Assembly: GCA_038064575.1 (NCBI GenBank)
Contig: JBBTST010000019.1
Span: 1 to 47,155 of the forward strand
DNA from: Patescibacteria group bacterium
GTDB taxonomy: Bacteria; Patescibacteriota; WWE3; UBA101185; 2-01-FULL-41-18
Direction: 5' to 3'
DNA length: 47,155 bases
Shown here: piece after piece, positions 9,619-19,083 of the stretch
How positions within the stretch are numbered: position 1 is the stretch's first letter
Layout of the letters: every line of letters starts with the position of its first letter
Notes under the pieces: generated by a model
Told to the model about the DNA's origin: nothing
The model's input: only the letters and a program-made list of their open reading frames with translations
Databases searched by the model: none
Made by a program: the position numbers and the translations under genes

Positions 9619-11484
9619 ATGAGTTTAACCTCCTCCACTCTTAGAAAAAAGTTCATCAAGTTTTTTGCTGACCGTGGGCATGTGGAAATTGTAAATTCAT
9701 CACTTGTTCCTGAAGGAGATTCTACAACCCTTTTTACAGGTTCCGGTATGCAGCCCCTTATTCCTTACCTGCTTGGGGAACCGCACCCCCAAGGCAAACG
9801 CCTGGTAAACATTCAGAGAGCTTTTAGAGCTGAAGATTTAGATGAAGTGGGAAACACCCGTTGCCATCACACTTTTTTTGAAATGATGGGCAATTGGTCT
9901 TTAGGAGATTACTTTAAAAAAGAGCAGATCTCCTGGGCTTTTGAGTTTTTTGTGGATGAGTTGGGACTTGATCCCAAAAAACTGTATGTAACTGTTTTTG
10001 AGGGTGAGGGCGTAATTCCAAAAGATAAGGATGCTATAGAACTTTGGAAAGAAACATTTGCTAAACATGGTATTACTGCTAGGGAAGGAGATAAGTTTCT
10101 TGTTGGTAGTGATCCGTATCTTAGAATTTTTGCTTATCCAAGAGGCAAAAACTGGTGGGAGAGAAGCGGGGCAAAAGTAGGGGATCCAGCAGGTCCGGAC
10201 TCCGAAATATTTTATGATACAGGAAAACCTCACAACCCTAAGTTTGGACCGGAGTGTCATGTTAACTGTGACTGTAGACGCTTCATTGAAATCTGTAATA
10301 ACGTTTTTATGCAGTATCAAAAGGAAGCAGATGGGAGCTACAAGCCTCTTAAACACAAAAATGTTGATGTAGGTTATGGCTTTGAAAGAATAATGCTTGT
10401 TGCAAACGGCAAGGAAACTACATTTGAAACGGATTTATTTTATCCGCTCATTCAAAAACTTGAGAAGCTTTCAGGAAAAACATACGCTGAGAGCCCTGAG
10501 CTGGACAAGGCTTTTAAAACCATTGCAGATCATATAAGAGCTTCAGTTATGCTCCTTGGGGATGGAGTGCTTCCTTCAAATAAAGAGCATGGTTATGCGC
10601 TAAGAAGATTAATTAGAAGATCTTTGAGATTTGCAAGAAGACTTGGTATTACTAAAGGCTTTACAAAAGAATTAGCTGAAAGTGTTATAGAAGTAGTTTT
10701 TAAAGATGCCTATCCTCACTTGCACGCAAAAAAGGAACTTGTAATAACAGAACTTGCTTTGGAAGAGGAGCGCTTTGGAAAAGTCTTGGACACGGGGCTT
10801 AAAAAACTTGAACACCTTTTAGCCTTCAAAGGTTTACAGGATGCCACAATTTCAGGTGAGGATGCATTCACGGTTTATGAGACTTATGGCTTTCCGCTTG
10901 AACTAATAATTGATGTTGCCTCTGAAGTTGGAGCAACTGTTGATGTAGAGGCATTTAATAAAGCCTTTGAATTACATAAAGAAAAATCAAAGGGGGCAAG
11001 CTCTGGTAAATTTAAAGGAGGTCTTGAGGGGTCTTCAGATATGCATATTAAGTACCATACTGCCACACATCTTCTTCACCAAGCATTAAGGGATATATTG
11101 GGCAGTCACGTTAAACAAATGGGAAGTAATATTACAACTGAGCGGCTTAGATTTGATTTTTCACATGATCAAAAAGTAAATGTTGAAGAGCTAAGAGCCA
11201 TTGAAGATGCTGTAAATCTTAAAATTAAGGAAGCAGTCCCGATCGCTTATGTTGATTTACCTCTGATTGAGGCGGAAAAAACCAATGCGCTTCATTTTTT
11301 TGGAGAGAAATATGGAGGTACCGTTCGTGTTTACTTTATTGGAGATTCGTTGGAAGATGCGTACTCAAAAGAATTTTGTGGAGGACCTCATGTCAGGAGT
11401 ACTTCCGAACTAGGAGGTTTTAAAATTGTTAAGGAGGAAGCTGTCTCAAAAGGCGTTCGCAGAATTAAAGCGGTTCTTGCTTAA
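9619..11484 (+). CDS. alaS: Alanine--tRNA ligase, short form lacking the C-Ala domain
   Basis: LFTGSGMQP, HHTFFEMMGNWSLGDYFK, editing motifs HTATH and FCGGPH; ends directly after GVRRIKA. Confidence 0.97.
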   Translation: MSLTSSTLRKKFIKFFADRGHVEIVNSSLVPEGDSTTLFTGSGMQPLIPYLLGEPHPQGKRLVNIQRAFRAEDLDEVGNTRCHHTFFEMMGNWSLGDYFKKEQISWAFEFFVDELGLDPKKLYVTVFEGEGVIPKDKDAIELWKETFAKHGITAREGDKFLVGSDPYLRIFAYPRGKNWWERSGAKVGDPAGPDSEIFYDTGKPHNPKFGPECHVNCDCRRFIEICNNVFMQYQKEADGSYKPLKHKNVDVGYGFERIMLVANGKETTFETDLFYPLIQKLEKLSGKTYAESPELDKAFKTIADHIRASVMLLGDGVLPSNKEHGYALRRLIRRSLRFARRLGITKGFTKELAESVIEVVFKDAYPHLHAKKELVITELALEEERFGKVLDTGLKKLEHLLAFKGLQDATISGEDAFTVYETYGFPLELIIDVASEVGATVDVEAFNKAFELHKEKSKGASSGKFKGGLEGSSDMHIKYHTATHLLHQALRDILGSHVKQMGSNITTERLRFDFSHDQKVNVEELRAIEDAVNLKIKEAVPIAYVDLPLIEAEKTNALHFFGEKYGGTVRVYFIGDSLEDAYSKEFCGGPHVRSTSELGGFKIVKEEAVSKGVRRIKAVLA

Positions 11485-11503
11485 AGTTGCCTCCTGTTTC
11501 AGT

Positions 11504-11509
11504 TATAAT
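11504..11509 (+). promoter_or_regulatory. -10 element, leaderless promoter of the FtsA-like operon
   Basis: TATAAT ends 7 nt before ATG 11517. Confidence 0.55.
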
Positions 11510-11516
11510 GGGCTAA

Positions 11517-12728
11517 ATGCTAAAGCTGCCAATAAATTTTTCCAAAGGACCAAGAGAAAAAGAGTTTTTGACTCTTGATATAGGTACAGATTTTGTAAAA
11601 TGCATGATTTTTAGAAAAAATGCGGATGTTGCCCTTAAGCTTACAGGGTGGGCAAAAGTTCCACTTCCAATATTTTCAACAAGAGCAGGTTCCATAGTTG
11701 ATTTTGAAGCTGTGTTTGCTGCTACAAAAGATGCGCTGACAGAAGCCAGAGGCAGGTCCCAGTCAAAAGCTAGGGACGTTGTAATTGGGCTTTCTGGAGA
11801 AGTAACCCATGGGTTAGTAACGAGTGTAAGGTTAACAAGAGCGGACATAGAAACACCAATTACTGAAAAAGAAATGGAGGTAATAATTGGGAAAATCCAG
11901 GAAACAGCTTATGTGGAAGCTGCAAAAGGCATTGTAGAAATGACCGGAAATCCCGACCTTGAAATAGAACTCACTAACTCCTCAATTTCATCGCTTAAAG
12001 TGGATGGAACCTTTGTAAAGGATCCAAGGGGTTTAACAGGAGAAAAGATGGACATAGCTCTTTTCACCGCGTTTTCACCCATTTCACATCTGAAAGTGCT
12101 CCAGAAGCTTGCTTCCTCTCTAAAGCTAAATATCATAACAATTAGTTCTCAAATGTATGCCCTCAGTAAGGTTCTTTCAAGAGATGAGAATTATGCAAAC
12201 GTTGTAATCATTGACGCGGGTGGTGAAACTACGGATGTAGGGATTGTCTTTGGGGGTGGAATAGCCGCAACAAGGACTCTTTCCCTTGGTGGAAGGCATA
12301 TGACAAGAATTCTTGCAGAGACTTTCAATGTAAATATGAGGGAGGCGGAGGAGTTAAAAGTAAGATACACCCTGGCAAATATTTCTCCGGATCAGGCCTT
12401 AATAATAAAAGAATCCCTGGACAAGGTTTTGGCTTTGTGGGTTTCAGGTCTTGAAGTGCTTTTTTCAGATTTTGATGGGATAAGGACTTTTCCTTCTAAA
12501 GTGTACCTGGTTGGAGGAGCCAGCGCCCTAAATGAAGTTTTGGAAGTTTTGAGGAAGGAGCCTTGGACCAAACATATCCCATTTAAGGAACCACCGTCTT
12601 TTGAGAGAGCTTATATGAGTACTTTAAACGGTCTTGTTGATTACAGTTCAAAAACTATTGAGGTGGAAGATATTATGCCAGTCTCACTTGCTGAAGTATA
12701 CCTGGAGATGGAAAGAGGAGGAGTTTGA
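11517..12728 (+). CDS. FtsA-like actin-fold ATPase (not linked to ftsZ)
   Basis: LDIGT, IIDAGGETTD, LGGRHMT, EAEELK and LVGGAS motifs; SHS2-like insert R...ETPITEKEM. Confidence 0.8.
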   Translation: MLKLPINFSKGPREKEFLTLDIGTDFVKCMIFRKNADVALKLTGWAKVPLPIFSTRAGSIVDFEAVFAATKDALTEARGRSQSKARDVVIGLSGEVTHGLVTSVRLTRADIETPITEKEMEVIIGKIQETAYVEAAKGIVEMTGNPDLEIELTNSSISSLKVDGTFVKDPRGLTGEKMDIALFTAFSPISHLKVLQKLASSLKLNIITISSQMYALSKVLSRDENYANVVIIDAGGETTDVGIVFGGGIAATRTLSLGGRHMTRILAETFNVNMREAEELKVRYTLANISPDQALIIKESLDKVLALWVSGLEVLFSDFDGIRTFPSKVYLVGGASALNEVLEVLRKEPWTKHIPFKEPPSFERAYMSTLNGLVDYSSKTIEVEDIMPVSLAEVYLEMERGGV

Positions 12729-12732
12729 GTAT

Positions 12733-14256
12733 ATGGAAAGAATAGAAATTCAAATTACAGATGATGTATTTGATGCCGTGAAAAAAGTAAGGGGAGCAAG
12801 TGATACCCAACTTATTGCGGAGATTTGCGAGAATGCAATTGTTTTTGAAAACGCGCTTAATTTGAAGCTCATTAAGAAAGAGGCAGAAAAATCAGGAAAA
12901 AGCATAGTGTTTGAAACGGAGGACGCGGTAGGAAAAAACTTGATTGCACAAATAGATGGTACAAAAGAAAAGCTTCCGGTTGATGCTTCAGGCTTTATCA
13001 CATCAAAGTTTAAAGTTTCAAGTGAGGTGCCCCTAGAAGTAAAAAAAGAGATGAGTAAACCCTATAGAAAAAGTATCAAGTTGCCAGCCTTTCTATTTGC
13101 AGTTTTTATTGGTGTGCCTTTTACCATTGGAGCCATATTTTTGTTCATTTTATTTTTTGTCTACCCTTCTGCAACTGTCAAGCTTGTGGTTTCTTCCCAA
13201 CCTCTTGTTAAGAGTGTGACTGTTAAAGTTTCAACCGATGCTACCGCTCTTGATATTAACACCAAAGTAATTCCGGGTAAGGCCGTGGATACACTGATTT
13301 CATCAACAAAAGAAAAAGAAACAACAGGAGAAAAGATTATTGGAGAAAAAGCTAAAGGGGAAGTTACAATATCTAATAAAACTGATCAAGAAGAAAAGTT
13401 TAAGAAAGGTAGTACCATCTCCCTTGTTTCAAGTAAAGAGTCTTTGAGGTTTACTCTGGATTCGGACATTAATGTTCCTGCGCAAACCCCCGAAACACTC
13501 ACAGAACCACCAATTTATGGAAAAGCTAATGTAAAGGTTACTGCTGAAGAGATTGGGTCTAAATATAATCTTGATGATGATAAGAACTTTAAAGTTGGTG
13601 GTAAAGATACTGATGACTTTATTGCGGAAAATGACAGCAAGTTTTCCAATGGGTCAAGCAAAAGCGTTAAGGCTGTTTCTCAAGAAGATAAAACCGCCCT
13701 TTCTGAGGAAGCTTTCACTTCCGCTAAAGAATTAGCGCTTGTGCAGTTAAAAGCCTCAGTTGACCCTACCCAAAAAGTTGTTGATGCGTCAGTACTTTAT
13801 AAGAAAGGCGTTGAAACTTTCAGTAAAAATGTGGGTGATGAATCAGATAGACTGTCTATTACTCAGGAAGTCAAAGTTTCCGGAGTATCCTATTCTCAAG
13901 CCCATGTAAATATACTTGTTGAGAACTTATTAAGTGAGCTTATACCCTTGGATTTTGAGCTTTATGGTAAAGATCAGAGTGCAAGTGTGGAATTTTTAAA
14001 TCTTGAAGAAAGCTCAAAAGAGCTCAAAGATGTTAATTTGCAAGTTAAGATAGGGACATATATAGTTCCAAAAATTGATGAAGCTGAAATTGCCAAAAAT
14101 CTTAAGGGGTTAAGTATTGCTAAAGCACAAGATTATTTAACCAATGTAAAAAACACTGAGAACTTTACAATTGAACTAACACCGGAAATAATCAGATTTA
14201 TAAATAGAATGCCTGGAAATACAGACAAAATAGAAGTTAAAGTAGAAAGGAAATAA
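12733..14256 (+). CDS. Bitopic membrane protein with baseplate J/gp47-like extracellular domain
   Basis: N-terminal cytoplasmic domain (NLKLIKKEA); one TM; TTGEK..GEKAKGEVTISN..F..GS and V.VTA..IGSKYNL patterns; start placed at ATG 12733, after the upstream stop. Confidence 0.7.
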   Translation: MERIEIQITDDVFDAVKKVRGASDTQLIAEICENAIVFENALNLKLIKKEAEKSGKSIVFETEDAVGKNLIAQIDGTKEKLPVDASGFITSKFKVSSEVPLEVKKEMSKPYRKSIKLPAFLFAVFIGVPFTIGAIFLFILFFVYPSATVKLVVSSQPLVKSVTVKVSTDATALDINTKVIPGKAVDTLISSTKEKETTGEKIIGEKAKGEVTISNKTDQEEKFKKGSTISLVSSKESLRFTLDSDINVPAQTPETLTEPPIYGKANVKVTAEEIGSKYNLDDDKNFKVGGKDTDDFIAENDSKFSNGSSKSVKAVSQEDKTALSEEAFTSAKELALVQLKASVDPTQKVVDASVLYKKGVETFSKNVGDESDRLSITQEVKVSGVSYSQAHVNILVENLLSELIPLDFELYGKDQSASVEFLNLEESSKELKDVNLQVKIGTYIVPKIDEAEIAKNLKGLSIAKAQDYLTNVKNTENFTIELTPEIIRFINRMPGNTDKIEVKVERK

Positions 14257-14295
14257 CTTGTGGTTTGGAAACAAAACACAGCAAAAAAAGAAAAA

Positions 14296-14703
14296 ATGAA
14301 AGAGCGTGTGTTGGGTATTGATTTTGGAGGAGTGAATATGGGTCTTGCGCTTGGTGTTTCAGGTTTGACAATGCCTCTGCAAATAATCCCGGCAACAAAT
14401 CAAAACACAGCTATAAACGCAATTGCAAGAGTAGTTTATGAAAACAAGATCACAAAAATTATTATTGGGCTTCCGGTGACTGCTGAAGGAAAACTCACTA
14501 CTCAGGCTTTGGAGGTTAAAAAGTTTATTAAGTTACTTAGCGTAAGGATTAAAATCCCAATCGTTTTAGTCAATGAATTTTTATCTACAAGAGAGGCTTT
14601 AACTGAGGCTATAGGTATAGGCTTTTCAAAAAAAAGAAGAAGTAGAATAGACCACTTGTCTGCTGAAGTTGTTTTAAGAAGGTATTTTGAATCCAGTCAT
14701 TAG
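14296..14703 (+). CDS. ruvX: RuvX/YqgF family nuclease
   Basis: VLGIDFG...MGLA, IIIGLP, VNEFLST, IDHLSA motifs. Confidence 0.9.
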   Translation: MKERVLGIDFGGVNMGLALGVSGLTMPLQIIPATNQNTAINAIARVVYENKITKIIIGLPVTAEGKLTTQALEVKKFIKLLSVRIKIPIVLVNEFLSTREALTEAIGIGFSKKRRSRIDHLSAEVVLRRYFESSH

Positions 14704-14751
14704 CAAACAAAGAGCTTGTCTTTTAGTAGTGTTTAGGGTTTAAATAGAGTT

Positions 14752-15003
14752 ATGGAAGAGTTAATGCTTTTAATTGCCGTGGGTTTGTATCTGCTTATTG
14801 GCTTTTGTTATGCAGTTTATGTTGTTTTGGTTGGTGGTGGTGGACTTTTTTCAATTCCTATAAACATGCTTTTTGGACCCATTTATTTTCCTTATGTGGC
14901 TGTTACAACTTTTTTTGAAATTAAAAGGAGTAGAAGAAAATATCTAAAAGACAAAGAAGTCCAGAAACTGGCAGAAAAAAAACAAGATAAAAATCCCCAG
15001 TAA
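14752..15003 (+). CDS. Small membrane protein
   Basis: Two hydrophobic segments and a basic tail. Confidence 0.6.
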   Translation: MEELMLLIAVGLYLLIGFCYAVYVVLVGGGGLFSIPINMLFGPIYFPYVAVTTFFEIKRSRRKYLKDKEVQKLAEKKQDKNPQ

Positions 15004-15021
15004 TTTTCAAATCAATAAGTT

Positions 15022-16200
15022 ATGGATAGAAAAATTTTAACTGTCTCAGAAGTTAATTTTGTTGCTAGGAGAACTCTTGAAGAAATTACCGTGTGGGTGG
15101 AAGGGGAAGTTGATGAGTATGAGCCAAACTATAAATCGGCGGTGTATCTAAAGCTTAAAGATGGGTTTAGTGTGCTGCCAGCCCTTTTTTGGAAGAGCAC
15201 GGATGTTTCTTATTTTCCCAAAAATGGAGATAGAGTAAGAGTGTTTGGAACACTCACAATTTATGAGAAAACAGGAAAATACCAGATGCTGATCTCAAAA
15301 ATTGAAGAAGTAGGTATTGGAGATTTACTTAAAAGAAGAGAAGAGCTTAGGAGAAGGCTACTTGAGGAAGGCTATTTTGATGATTCCATAAAAAGGCAGA
15401 TTCCGGATCTTCCTGTTAGGATAGGTTTGGTAACCTCCAAAAGAGGTGCGGCTATTAAGGATTTTCTCACAAATGTTGTAAAAAATTTTGAAGGCTTGGA
15501 AATAGTCTTTGTTGATAGTTTGGTTCAGGGCGATTCCGCAGCAAAAAGCATATGCCAGGCTTTTGAGGCTCTTGCCAAACATTCTCTTGATGTTGTTGTT
15601 TTAACCAGGGGAGGTGGGGCTATTGAGGATTTGATGTGTTTTAATACTGAGGAAGTAGTCAGGGCTATCAGGGCATGTAAATTTCCGGTAATCTCTGCCG
15701 TAGGGCATGAGGTTGACTACACTCTGTCAGATCTGGCTTCAGATTTAAGAGTCTCCACGCCCACAAAGGCGGCGGAATTCTTGTCCCTAAAATTTCTACA
15801 GTACAAAACTGATCTTGAAAGTTTTTTAGAGAGACTGCATTTTGCTTATCAGAGAATGGAGATGGGTTTTATGCAGGAGCTTGATTTATATGAATCAACT
15901 CTTAAAAGGGCGTATGCCTCTTACCAGAATTTGGATGTGGAGCTTTCATCCATTCGCAAACTCATGCAAACATCAGTGGAACAAATTTTTGAGAAGCAAG
16001 GACTTATTCTTGCTGCGTTGACCCAAAGTCTTAATGCCTTGAGTCCTACAAAGGTGTTGGAAAGGGGATACGGTATTGTATTTACCTCTTCAGGAAACAT
16101 CTTAAAATCTATAAAAAAACTTGCCGTGGATGATAAAGTTTATGTTAAGCTTTCAGATGGGAGTTTTGAATCAAAAATTTTAAAAGTTACAAATGACTGA
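15022..16200 (+). CDS. xseA: Exodeoxyribonuclease VII large subunit
   Basis: TVSEVN..VWVEGEV OB fold; RGGGAIEDL..FN.E; ISAVGHEVD; TPTKAAE; LSP..VLERGY. Confidence 0.96.
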   Translation: MDRKILTVSEVNFVARRTLEEITVWVEGEVDEYEPNYKSAVYLKLKDGFSVLPALFWKSTDVSYFPKNGDRVRVFGTLTIYEKTGKYQMLISKIEEVGIGDLLKRREELRRRLLEEGYFDDSIKRQIPDLPVRIGLVTSKRGAAIKDFLTNVVKNFEGLEIVFVDSLVQGDSAAKSICQAFEALAKHSLDVVVLTRGGGAIEDLMCFNTEEVVRAIRACKFPVISAVGHEVDYTLSDLASDLRVSTPTKAAEFLSLKFLQYKTDLESFLERLHFAYQRMEMGFMQELDLYESTLKRAYASYQNLDVELSSIRKLMQTSVEQIFEKQGLILAALTQSLNALSPTKVLERGYGIVFTSSGNILKSIKKLAVDDKVYVKLSDGSFESKILKVTND

Positions 16201-16417
16201 GGTTATAACGTTTAGTAAAGCCCTTAAAAAATTAAAGGATGTGGTGGAGAAATTAAACAAAGGGGACCTTGAGCTTGAAGAGTCTTTAAGATTGTATGAG
16301 GAAGGGGCAAAACTCCACAAAGAGTGCCTTAAAAAACTCAACCAAACCAAACTTAAATTTAAAGAGATTGATAAAAAAGGAAATGTGATTTCTGATCACT
16401 TGTTAGGCGATTCTTAG
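16193..16417 (+). CDS. xseB: Exodeoxyribonuclease VII small subunit
   Basis: TFSKAL..L..VVEKL..GDLELEESL.LYEEG; overlaps the xseA end. Confidence 0.92.
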   Translation: MTEVITFSKALKKLKDVVEKLNKGDLELEESLRLYEEGAKLHKECLKKLNQTKLKFKEIDKKGNVISDHLLGDS

Positions 16418-16672
16418 GTTTGGAATGTCTGCCTCTTTAAAGAAAAAGACTATTTCCTCAACTCCAGCATGGAACTTTGTAGAGGTAATTTTTTTAACTA
16501 GCTCAAAAAGCTTTCCCTTCTCACCTTCTGCAACTATCTCCAAGACATCACTTTGTGAATTGTTGGTGTAGCCTTGCAAACCTTGTTCAAAAGCCAAATC
16601 TGCCATGAGTTCCCTGGCATATTCCTCATGATTGCCTTTTATTTGAATGTGGATCCTTTTGTTTTGTTTCAT
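16403..16672 (-). CDS. Acylphosphatase-fold protein with degenerate phosphate loop
   Basis: KRIHIQIKG...A.EQGLQGY..N...LEIVAEGEK..L pattern; probable start MKQNK at 16672, though the ORF is open to 16804. Confidence 0.65.
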   Translation of the reverse strand: MKQNKRIHIQIKGNHEEYARELMADLAFEQGLQGYTNNSQSDVLEIVAEGEKGKLFELVKKITSTKFHAGVEEIVFFFKEADIPNLRIA

Positions 16673-16791
16673 AGAGTCTTCATTACTTATCATAAATTCA
16701 CCGGAACAGAAGACTCTAACAGAACTAAATAACATTGTCAAGAGTTTATTTTGAGGTGTGAGTTCTAGAGAATTGTCCTGGTTTGAAAGAG

Positions 16792-18549
16792 CTAAATTCT
16801 CCACCTGCCCTGAAGAATAGCTACCAAATATAATTTTTCTTCAAATCTTTCAAACACTAGCTTGATTGCTCTCCAGTCAATCCCCTGAGAGGCGGGGTCA
16901 AAGCCTGAAAAATAAAATTCTACCGATACAGAATCTTTAAATACATCTTTATAGTTATCTGCTTCATTAATATATCCATAGGTTTTATTAAATGTTATTG
17001 CCTCTGCATCCAGAAAGTTGTGTTCAATGAGTGTCTCAAAGTAATTTTTATAGGTTGTGTATATAGGATCCCCTGTCCCGTCTCCATAACCAATAAGATA
17101 TTCTTTATTGTCACTAAAAGCATTTTCTATGTTCTCTTTCTTAAGAATTAAGGCAGTGTTGGGATCAATCCCATAATACAGATTTAGAAGCACGCCTTTT
17201 TTAGGGTGGACAAGGGTAGAAAGTTTAGTCATGTCTTTTTTGTTCAAAGTTTCAACAACTTCTTTTCCTTTTTGGATTGTTTCTTTTTTGAGCTTTTCAT
17301 CAACTGATTCTCCTTCGGTAGCGCTTTTTCCTACTTTTCTTAGTTTATAAACTACCCCCGCTTTATCATCGCTAATAAATAGTTCTCCAAAGGGACTTAT
17401 CAGCGTGTTTACAGGTCTTCCCCAAACTTCTCCTGTCTCATCAAGCCACCCCGTTACAAAATTTTCTACTCCTGCATCTTTATTTTTAAGATCAAGTTTT
17501 ACTATCTTGTAACCTACAGGCGTTGAACTATTCCAGGAGCCGTGAAGTGTTATATAAGTTTCACTTGATATTTGGGGTTGGGTTATGCCAAGAGGAGCCG
17601 TGTGAGCCGGCAGTTCAAAGAAGGGCGCTTCAGTTTGGTTTTGGCAAAAATCTTTTTTGTTTGGATACTCTGGATTTGGGATTTTATTTCCATAGCAATA
17701 AGGCCAACCGTAGTGTTTTCCTTTCTTTATAATGTTTATTTCTTCAGGAGGGAGGCTGTCTCCAATCAGGTCCCTACCATTATCAACCCCGACTAGACCT
17801 TCTTTATGCAGTTTGAAATCAACTGTGTTTCTAAGCCCTGTTGCAAAGATCTCCTCCCCACTTCCGTCTAAATTGTAAGTTACAATTGATGCTCTTCTAT
17901 TATCGCTTTCTTTACACAAGTTACAGCTTGAGCCTATTGCCACATAAATTTTATTTCCAATAACTCTTACTGTTCTTGTAAAGTGTCCAGCCCCTGAAGG
18001 TAGGTTTTTTATTAAAGTTTCTTTTTTTTCAAACTTCCCGTTTGCATCCGTCTTTCTGTAAACAGAAACCTGATGCTCCTCAGCAACATACAAATCTCCA
18101 AGTACATAATCAATTCCATGCGGATTTCTAAGCCCTTTGTCTATTTCAATAACTTTTGAAATGGCATCTACATCAAACTTTATAAGATAAACAGAACCTG
18201 TTATATCAGTCATAAAAATATCAAATTTGTAATCAAAGACCATGGCTCTTGGCTTTTTGAAGCCTGTAGCAAAAACTTGAGCCTCATAACCCTCCGGAAT
18301 GTTTAGATATCTGTCTTTTGTAAAAACTCCTTTTTTGAATTTTTCTGGGATGAGAAGCTTTGATGGTTTTAAAACTAGTGGTTCTTTTGCTTTGTCTTTT
18401 TGATTTTGGTTTAGGAGATTAAAGTTATTTTTTTCAACGGCCTTTTTGGGAACAACTTTGTTAAGAAAGCTTGTATTCTTACCAATTAAGTAAAAGGTAA
18501 TTAAGCTAAAAGCACTTATGGTCAGAATTATTGCAACCTTTGTTTTCAT
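16792..18549 (-). CDS. PQQ-dependent sugar/sorbosone dehydrogenase family beta-propeller with extra C-terminal domain
   Basis: N-terminal anchor; GSSCNLC, ATGLRN, DNGRD..GD.LPPEEIN, YGWPYC, AHTAPLG, HGSWN, WGRPV, ISDD. Confidence 0.88.
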   Translation of the reverse strand: MKTKVAIILTISAFSLITFYLIGKNTSFLNKVVPKKAVEKNNFNLLNQNQKDKAKEPLVLKPSKLLIPEKFKKGVFTKDRYLNIPEGYEAQVFATGFKKPRAMVFDYKFDIFMTDITGSVYLIKFDVDAISKVIEIDKGLRNPHGIDYVLGDLYVAEEHQVSVYRKTDANGKFEKKETLIKNLPSGAGHFTRTVRVIGNKIYVAIGSSCNLCKESDNRRASIVTYNLDGSGEEIFATGLRNTVDFKLHKEGLVGVDNGRDLIGDSLPPEEINIIKKGKHYGWPYCYGNKIPNPEYPNKKDFCQNQTEAPFFELPAHTAPLGITQPQISSETYITLHGSWNSSTPVGYKIVKLDLKNKDAGVENFVTGWLDETGEVWGRPVNTLISPFGELFISDDKAGVVYKLRKVGKSATEGESVDEKLKKETIQKGKEVVETLNKKDMTKLSTLVHPKKGVLLNLYYGIDPNTALILKKENIENAFSDNKEYLIGYGDGTGDPIYTTYKNYFETLIEHNFLDAEAITFNKTYGYINEADNYKDVFKDSVSVEFYFSGFDPASQGIDWRAIKLVFERFEEKLYLVAILQGRWRI

Positions 18550-18555
18550 ACTATC

Positions 18556-18564
18556 AATTTAGCA
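18556..18564 (-). promoter_or_regulatory. Extended -10 leaderless promoter
   Basis: Minus strand reads TG-c-TAAATT-gatagt-ATG. Confidence 0.55.
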
Positions 18565-18599
18565 TATTTGGTTTGAGGTGTTGAAAAGGCGAGGTAGTG

Positions 18600-18629
18600 G
18601 AAGGGAGAAAAAGTGTGTTTTCTCCCTTC
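18600..18629. repeat. Perfect 12-bp inverted repeat between divergent genes
   Basis: GAAGGGAGAAAA-agtgtg-TTTTCTCCCTTC. Confidence 0.8.
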
Positions 18630-18696
18630 TTTATAGGATTACTCTGTAGAGTCCAAGGTGAGAAAGGCAATGGGGAGGAAGTTATATAATAGTTCT

Positions 18697-19083
18697 ATGG
18701 ATTTGGAGCATGATCTTGCTTCCCTCAACAGGGTAGCGTTTATTTTGGGCAAAATCTCAATGCCTCACATAAAAAAAGAGGCTGTTTATTGTGTTAAATC
18801 AAGAGGGGCAACAACCCGGGCAATAGCCAGAATCTATTCGTTCCCAAGAGTTTGGCAGTTAGCGCTTGGAATCAGTCCAAAATATGTAATTGAAGTAATT
18901 TCTGAAAGGTTTGACAAGCTCAAGCCTGAAGACAAAGACAGAGTTTTGATTCATGAGCTTATGCATATTCCAAAAACTTTTTCAGGGGCTTTAGTACCAC
19001 ACAAATGCTTTGGTAAAAAAAGAATTTGTGCTAAAACTGTTGAAGCACGTTACCAGGAGTTTCTTAAAAACTGTTATGAATAA
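18697..19083 (+). CDS. Putative HExxH metallopeptidase (small zincin-like)
   Basis: SRGATTRAIARI, YVIEVISERFDKL, VLIHELMHIPKTFSGALVPH; TATAAT 6 nt before ATG 18697. Confidence 0.78.
   Translation: MDLEHDLASLNRVAFILGKISMPHIKKEAVYCVKSRGATTRAIARIYSFPRVWQLALGISPKYVIEVISERFDKLKPEDKDRVLIHELMHIPKTFSGALVPHKCFGKKRICAKTVEARYQEFLKNCYE

Noticed and set aside
9619-11484. alaS as a truncated pseudogene
   Set aside because: Catalytic and editing motifs are intact and it ends cleanly at a domain boundary; short AlaS forms are known in reduced genomes
12733-14256. Prophage or contractile injection system suggested by the baseplate-J-like domain
   Set aside because: No sheath, tube, spike, capsid, terminase or integrase; the gene is membrane-anchored among housekeeping genes
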